The position numbers and the translations under genes are program-made. The notes beneath the pieces were generated by a model. The model was not told where the DNA came from. It saw only the letters and a program-made list of their open reading frames with translations, and did no database searches. From Candidatus Sulfomarinibacteraceae bacterium (GTDB taxonomy: Bacteria; Acidobacteriota; Thermoanaerobaculia; Thermoanaerobaculales; Sulfomarinibacteraceae), in NCBI GenBank assembly GCA_963796455.1, contig CAWCLO010000004.1, positions 320,001 to 384,000 of the forward strand: a stretch of DNA of 64,000 nucleotides, in the 5' to 3' direction. Shown here piece after piece: positions 59,705-64,000 of the stretch (positions within the stretch are counted from its first letter, which is position 1; each line of letters starts with the position of its first letter).

Positions 59705-62343
59705 GGCGGCCGCCGTTTTTTGCCGGAGCGTGGTGGCGGCTTGGGGTGTTGGTGTCGCTTTTCTCTGCAGGACTCGTGGCCTGCGCAAACCAAGATGTGG
59801 ACGTTTCCACCGGCGTTCACGGGGATCGGCCCTCGTTCCTTCTGATCACCCTCGATACGACCCGCGCAGACCATTTGCAGCCCTATGGTTCTCAGAATGT
59901 TGAAACGCCCGCGCTCGCCAAACTCGCCACGGATGGAGTCGTCTTTGACCAGGCGGTGGCGACCACACCGGTGACGGCGCCTTCCCATGCTTCCTTGCTC
60001 ACCGGTCTGTATCCGCCGCGCCACGGGGTTCGCAACAACTCCACCCACTATCTTCCCGATCAGGTAACCACTCTCGCGGAGCTATTGAGCGATGCAGGCT
60101 ACCGCACCGCAGCCTTTGTCTCGACCGCGATTCTGGAGCGCCGCTTCGGGCTCGCGCAGGGATTCGAGCTCTACGACGACGAGATTCGAGGATCTGCATC
60201 CCGCCGCGATTCACGGATGACGGTCGAGCGCCCGGCCGCGGCGACCGCCGACCGGGCGCTCGCGTGGCTCGACACGCTCGACGGTTCATATCCGTATTTT
60301 CTCTGGGTCCATTTTTATGATCCTCACATACCCTACCTGCCGCCGTCACCGTGGGCGGAGCAATACGCCGAGCGGCCCTACGACGGTGAGATCGCCTATA
60401 TGGATTCCCAGATCGCCCGCCTGCTGGCCCACCCGAGAGCCGCGGTTGACGAGGTGATCGTGGCGGCGATCGGCGACCATGGCGAGAGCCTCGGGCAACA
60501 CGGAGAAAGGACCCATGGTCTGCTCGTCTACGACTCGACCATCCGCGTTCCATGGATCCTGCGTCTGCCCGGCGGCCCTCGAGGAGTGAGGGTTCAGAAC
60601 ACGGTCAGCCAGGTCGATCTGTTGCCCTCGCTGGCCGATGTTTTGGCGCTTGATATCGATGTTTCGACGTTCGACGGGAAGAGTTTTGTTCCCATGCTTC
60701 GGGGCGAGAAGCCGCCGTCTGAACGCCTGTTTTTTTCGGAATCGGAAGTGCCGTTCTTTGCTTATGGCTGGTCGCGCCTGCGGAGCGCGCGCAAGGGTGG
60801 GTTGAAGTTCATCGACGCTCCGGTCGCCGAGCTCTACGATGTGCAGGCTGATCCCGGCGAGACCCGAAATCTGGCGGCTGATCGTCAGCCGGAGGTGGAT
60901 GCCTTTTCGACGGCCATTGAAGCCTGGCTCGGTGGCGGCGCCGAAGCGGAAAGCGATCTCGCGGTCGATGCCGAAACCGCGCAGATGATGCGGGCTCTGG
61001 GGTACTTCGTCGGCGACCCCGGCCGGCCGGAGGGTGAGGGTCACGGCAACCCTGTGGATTTCATGCCGGTTCACAACGAGCTGCAGATAGTTGGTGAATT
61101 GCTTGCATCCGGGCAGGCCGGGGAGGCGGTGCGGCGGGTTGAGGGTGCACTTGCACAGGATCCGGACAATCTCTCCGCCCTCAGAGATCTGAGTCGCGGG
61201 TTGGCTCAGATGGGCCGGCTGGACGAGGCGGCGACGGTTGCCGCACGGGCGGTCGCGGTGGCGCCGTGGAGCTCTCAGGCTCTGATGGTCGCGGCGGATG
61301 TCGAATTCCAAAGGGCCCGGGTTGAAGAGGCCCTCGAATTGATCGATCGGTCACTCGAACTTGATGACCGCTTTCTTGAGGCGCGGCTCGATCGGGTGCG
61401 ATACCTTGCGGCCCTCGGCCGCGCCGGCGAGGCAGCCGCCGAGCTGCAACCGTTGATCGAATCGTCTCCTGACAACAACTGGGTTGCGCTGCGCTATGCG
61501 GAAATCGTCGAGCTTGGATCGGGAGACCGCGAGGCCGCCGAGCGGCGGCTGCGAGGGGTGCTCGAGCGGAATCCCGATTTTTCTGAAGCCTGGATCTCCC
61601 TCGCGTTGATGTTGGCCGAACAATCGGACCCTTCGGCCGAAGAAGCTCTGCGCCAGGCAATCGCATCGAGTCGGACGGTTCGTGCCGATCTCCACGTGGC
61701 CCTCGCCGAACAGCTGGCGCGGCGCGGGCAGGCTCAGGAAGCCCGTCGTGAGTTCGAAATGGCCGCGGCGGCCCCGGCGAACTCCACAGGCACCCGCAAC
61801 GCGAAGGCCATGGCCTTGATGCAGCTCGACCGGAAAAGTGAGGCGGAGACCCTTTGGCGGAGTCTGATCCGGGATCAGCCCGGTTATTGGCGCGCCTGGC
61901 TGAACATGGCTGCGGTGTCCAGCCAACGCGGTGAGTGGCAGGATGCCGAGCGCTTTGCCCGCGGCGCCGTCGAGCGCGAGCCCTCGTCGGCATCGGCATG
62001 GAACAACCTCGGGATCGCCCTCGAGGAACTCGGTCGCACGAACGAGGCAGAGGCCGCATATCGACGGGGAGGAGAGGTGGACCCTCGTAGTTGGAGGGCG
62101 CTCTTCAATCTCGGGATCCTCCTCCGGACCAGTCAACGATATGACGAAGCCGCGGTGGTCCAGGAAGAAGTCCTCAAACGCTTTCCGGCACATGGTGGAG
62201 CCCACTTCGAACTCGGAGTGCTCTACGCCGGGCCTTTGGACGATCCGCAGCGAGCGAAGATCCACCTGCAGACAACCATCGGCGCCGATCCTTCAAGCCC
62301 CCGGGCGCGTCAAGCCCGGACGATTCTCGACCGACTGCCCTGA
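59701..62343 (+). CDS. Sulfatase-like hydrolase/transferase with TPR repeats
   Basis: 'ITLDTTRAD', 'TAPSHASLLTG', 'YDPHIPY', 'GDHGE'; many TPRs; GTGA overlap with the upstream paralog. Confidence 0.88.
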   Translation: MRRPPFFAGAWWRLGVLVSLFSAGLVACANQDVDVSTGVHGDRPSFLLITLDTTRADHLQPYGSQNVETPALAKLATDGVVFDQAVATTPVTAPSHASLLTGLYPPRHGVRNNSTHYLPDQVTTLAELLSDAGYRTAAFVSTAILERRFGLAQGFELYDDEIRGSASRRDSRMTVERPAAATADRALAWLDTLDGSYPYFLWVHFYDPHIPYLPPSPWAEQYAERPYDGEIAYMDSQIARLLAHPRAAVDEVIVAAIGDHGESLGQHGERTHGLLVYDSTIRVPWILRLPGGPRGVRVQNTVSQVDLLPSLADVLALDIDVSTFDGKSFVPMLRGEKPPSERLFFSESEVPFFAYGWSRLRSARKGGLKFIDAPVAELYDVQADPGETRNLAADRQPEVDAFSTAIEAWLGGGAEAESDLAVDAETAQMMRALGYFVGDPGRPEGEGHGNPVDFMPVHNELQIVGELLASGQAGEAVRRVEGALAQDPDNLSALRDLSRGLAQMGRLDEAATVAARAVAVAPWSSQALMVAADVEFQRARVEEALELIDRSLELDDRFLEARLDRVRYLAALGRAGEAAAELQPLIESSPDNNWVALRYAEIVELGSGDREAAERRLRGVLERNPDFSEAWISLALMLAEQSDPSAEEALRQAIASSRTVRADLHVALAEQLARRGQAQEARREFEMAAAAPANSTGTRNAKAMALMQLDRKSEAETLWRSLIRDQPGYWRAWLNMAAVSSQRGEWQDAERFARGAVEREPSSASAWNNLGIALEELGRTNEAEAAYRRGGEVDPRSWRALFNLGILLRTSQRYDEAAVVQEEVLKRFPAHGGAHFELGVLYAGPLDDPQRAKIHLQTTIGADPSSPRARQARTILDRLP

Positions 62344-62419
62344 GCTACCGGAATCGTCACCCGCAAGGCTGTTGTGTCTCTATTCTCAGTCGTGACGCCA
62401 CCCACCCACCCTCGTCACA

Positions 62420-62635
62420 AACCGCGGAAAACGCAGATGAACGCAGATGACGGGCAGGACGAAAAAGGGCGACACGAAAATGTGCAGCCGGGACGGCTGC
62501 ACCACCATTGTCCACCCGCCTTGGTGGTGCAGGCGTCCCGCCTGCACGTCTCGCCCGAAACCGAAACCGGCCGCAATCCTCCCGTTCGAGCCCCGGAGGG
62601 GCGACATGTTCTAGCGTGGGCCGTGAGCCCCACTT
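62420..62635. repeat. Mosaic of intergenic repeats: CGCAGAT repeat, GTGG-tagged REP doublet, GAGCCCCGGAGGGGCGACA palindrome
   Basis: AACGCAGATGAACGCAGAT as at 15308; TGCAGCCGGGACGGCTGCACCAC (62483-62505) and GTGGTGCAGGCGTCCCGCCTGCA (62524-62546). Confidence 0.75.
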
Positions 62636-62642
62636 GCAAGGG

Positions 62643-64000
62643 CTACCGATTTCCAGCCTCGCGGGCGCGCTCCGCCATGGCGGCGGCATGGTCGCGCTGT
62701 GGTCCGGGTTGGGCGCGGGCCACATAGTCATCGAGATAGGTTGCTGCCTTTGACAAACGCCCAGCCTGGGCGTTGGCGATGCCGAGGTTGAAAATCACAT
62801 CATCGATCGCGGGGTTGATGACGTGGGCTCGCTCCCAGGCATTGATAGCGCCGGTAGTGTCGCCGAGACGGGCGCGGACGGAACCGAGGGCGTTCCATCC
62901 ATCGAAGGACACCGGGTTGAGCGTCACCGCTTCCTCGAGATGGATCGCGGCGTCGGTCAGTCTTTCTTCGCCCATGGCGACGAGACCGAGATTGAGGGTG
63001 ATGGTGGCGTCGCCGGGATCCGTTCGATCGGCGCGTTCGATCCATTCTCTGGCCTCGCTCCACTGCCGGCGCACCATCGCGAGTTTGCCGAAGGCCAACA
63101 GCAGACCGGGGTCCTCCGTTCCTTCGAGTCCTTCGAGCACGTCCCCGGCCCGGTCCGGCTGGCCCATCCGCAGATAGATCATGGCGAGCTGGGTCGTGAT
63201 CGATTCGTCGGCCGTTCCTGCGTCGAGGGTGCGCGACAGAATTTCCGCCGCCTGGGCCGGATCACCGCGCGCGATCAGAACCTCGGCCAGGATCAGCGGT
63301 GCGCCCGGGCGCCGATTACCTTCGATCGAGAGCGCGGTGCGGGCTTCGGTTTCGGCAGCAGCCAGTTCGCCTCGTTTGAATGCGATCTGGGCCAGCAATA
63401 CGTGCGCCGCCACCGGATCGTAGGGTATGGCGTATTCGGCCTGGTACTTCGCCTGGTCCAGCTCACCCATCTGTACGAAGAGGGTCGCCGCTCTCAGGGA
63501 CAGTCTCCTCGATTGCGGCAACTCCTTGGTTGCAGCGCGGTAGGTTGCCGCCGCTTCATGCGGTTGTCCTAACCCTTGCTGAGAAAGCGCCAGGTACTCC
63601 CAGGCGTCCTCGATCCCGGGATCCCGGGTGATGATCGTCCGAAAGGCCGGCACCGCGGCTTCGAGATCGCCGTCGGCGTAGAGGCGGTGGGCCTGTCGGA
63701 TTTGCGCCAGCACTTCGACCCGGGTCTTGGGATCCGGCAGGTTCTCGCCCTCAGCCGTCGTGGCCTCCCCGACATACCCCAGAGCCTCGAGTCGACGCCG
63801 GGTCTCGGCATCGGTGCTGCCAGGACTCTCGAATCCCCGGTCAAAGGCATTCAGAGCATTCCGGAGCTGTGCTTCGAGCGCCGGCTGCGAAGCAATGAGA
63901 TTGTCGAGTTCGTCGGGATCCGCCGATATATCGTAGAGCTCCGGCATCGGCGCCTCGATGAAGTGGTGGCTGCCGAGAATCAGTGCGGCGAGGTTGCTCC
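62643..64000 (-). CDS. Third sulfatase-like/TPR protein (partial; N-terminus beyond the window)
   Basis: 'PELYDISADPDE..NL', 'LEALGYV', 'LPDPK' linker, then TPRs, as in the two neighbouring paralogs. Confidence 0.8.
   Translation of the reverse strand, partial: SNLAALILGSHHFIEAPMPELYDISADPDELDNLIASQPALEAQLRNALNAFDRGFESPGSTDAETRRRLEALGYVGEATTAEGENLPDPKTRVEVLAQIRQAHRLYADGDLEAAVPAFRTIITRDPGIEDAWEYLALSQQGLGQPHEAAATYRAATKELPQSRRLSLRAATLFVQMGELDQAKYQAEYAIPYDPVAAHVLLAQIAFKRGELAAAETEARTALSIEGNRRPGAPLILAEVLIARGDPAQAAEILSRTLDAGTADESITTQLAMIYLRMGQPDRAGDVLEGLEGTEDPGLLLAFGKLAMVRRQWSEAREWIERADRTDPGDATITLNLGLVAMGEERLTDAAIHLEEAVTLNPVSFDGWNALGSVRARLGDTTGAINAWERAHVINPAIDDVIFNLGIANAQAGRLSKAATYLDDYVARAQPGPQRDHAAAMAERAREAGNR

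Overview
GC-rich, gene-dense bacterial chromosome segment, probably Acidobacteriota of the Thermoanaerobaculia type. That assignment is an inference from the VWA-related acidobacterial proteins, carboxypeptidase-domain TonB-dependent receptor, sulfatase-like/TPR fusions and C-terminal 'FxDGFESG' proteins. It holds about 45 CDS, mostly exported hydrolases and envelope proteins plus metabolic genes (deoD, sdaA, rsgA, prs, ggt, and speA-speB facing a deoxyhypusine-synthase-like gene). No rRNA, tRNA, CRISPR array, transposase, integrase or reverse transcriptase was seen. The main discovery is a dispersed repeat family with five copies (about 9.1, 15.3, 18.7, 25.8 and 35.0 kb), four of them between convergent genes. 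Two copies carry a four-helix-bundle gene (23S-IVS-protein/Avd-like). In these the ribosome-binding site is locked in a nested hairpin showing a compensatory base-pair change, and the gene is enclosed by long inverted CAGCG-rich arms. Two other copies have the gene replaced by a REP doublet, and one has it replaced by an IS481-like end. Other oddities are a frameshifted beta-CASP nuclease reading into one cassette, a probable ATT start codon, and sulfatase-like/TPR proteins with Thr at the nucleophile position. Start codons were chosen by eye from RBS and signal peptides. All family assignments come from motif recognition, not database searches.
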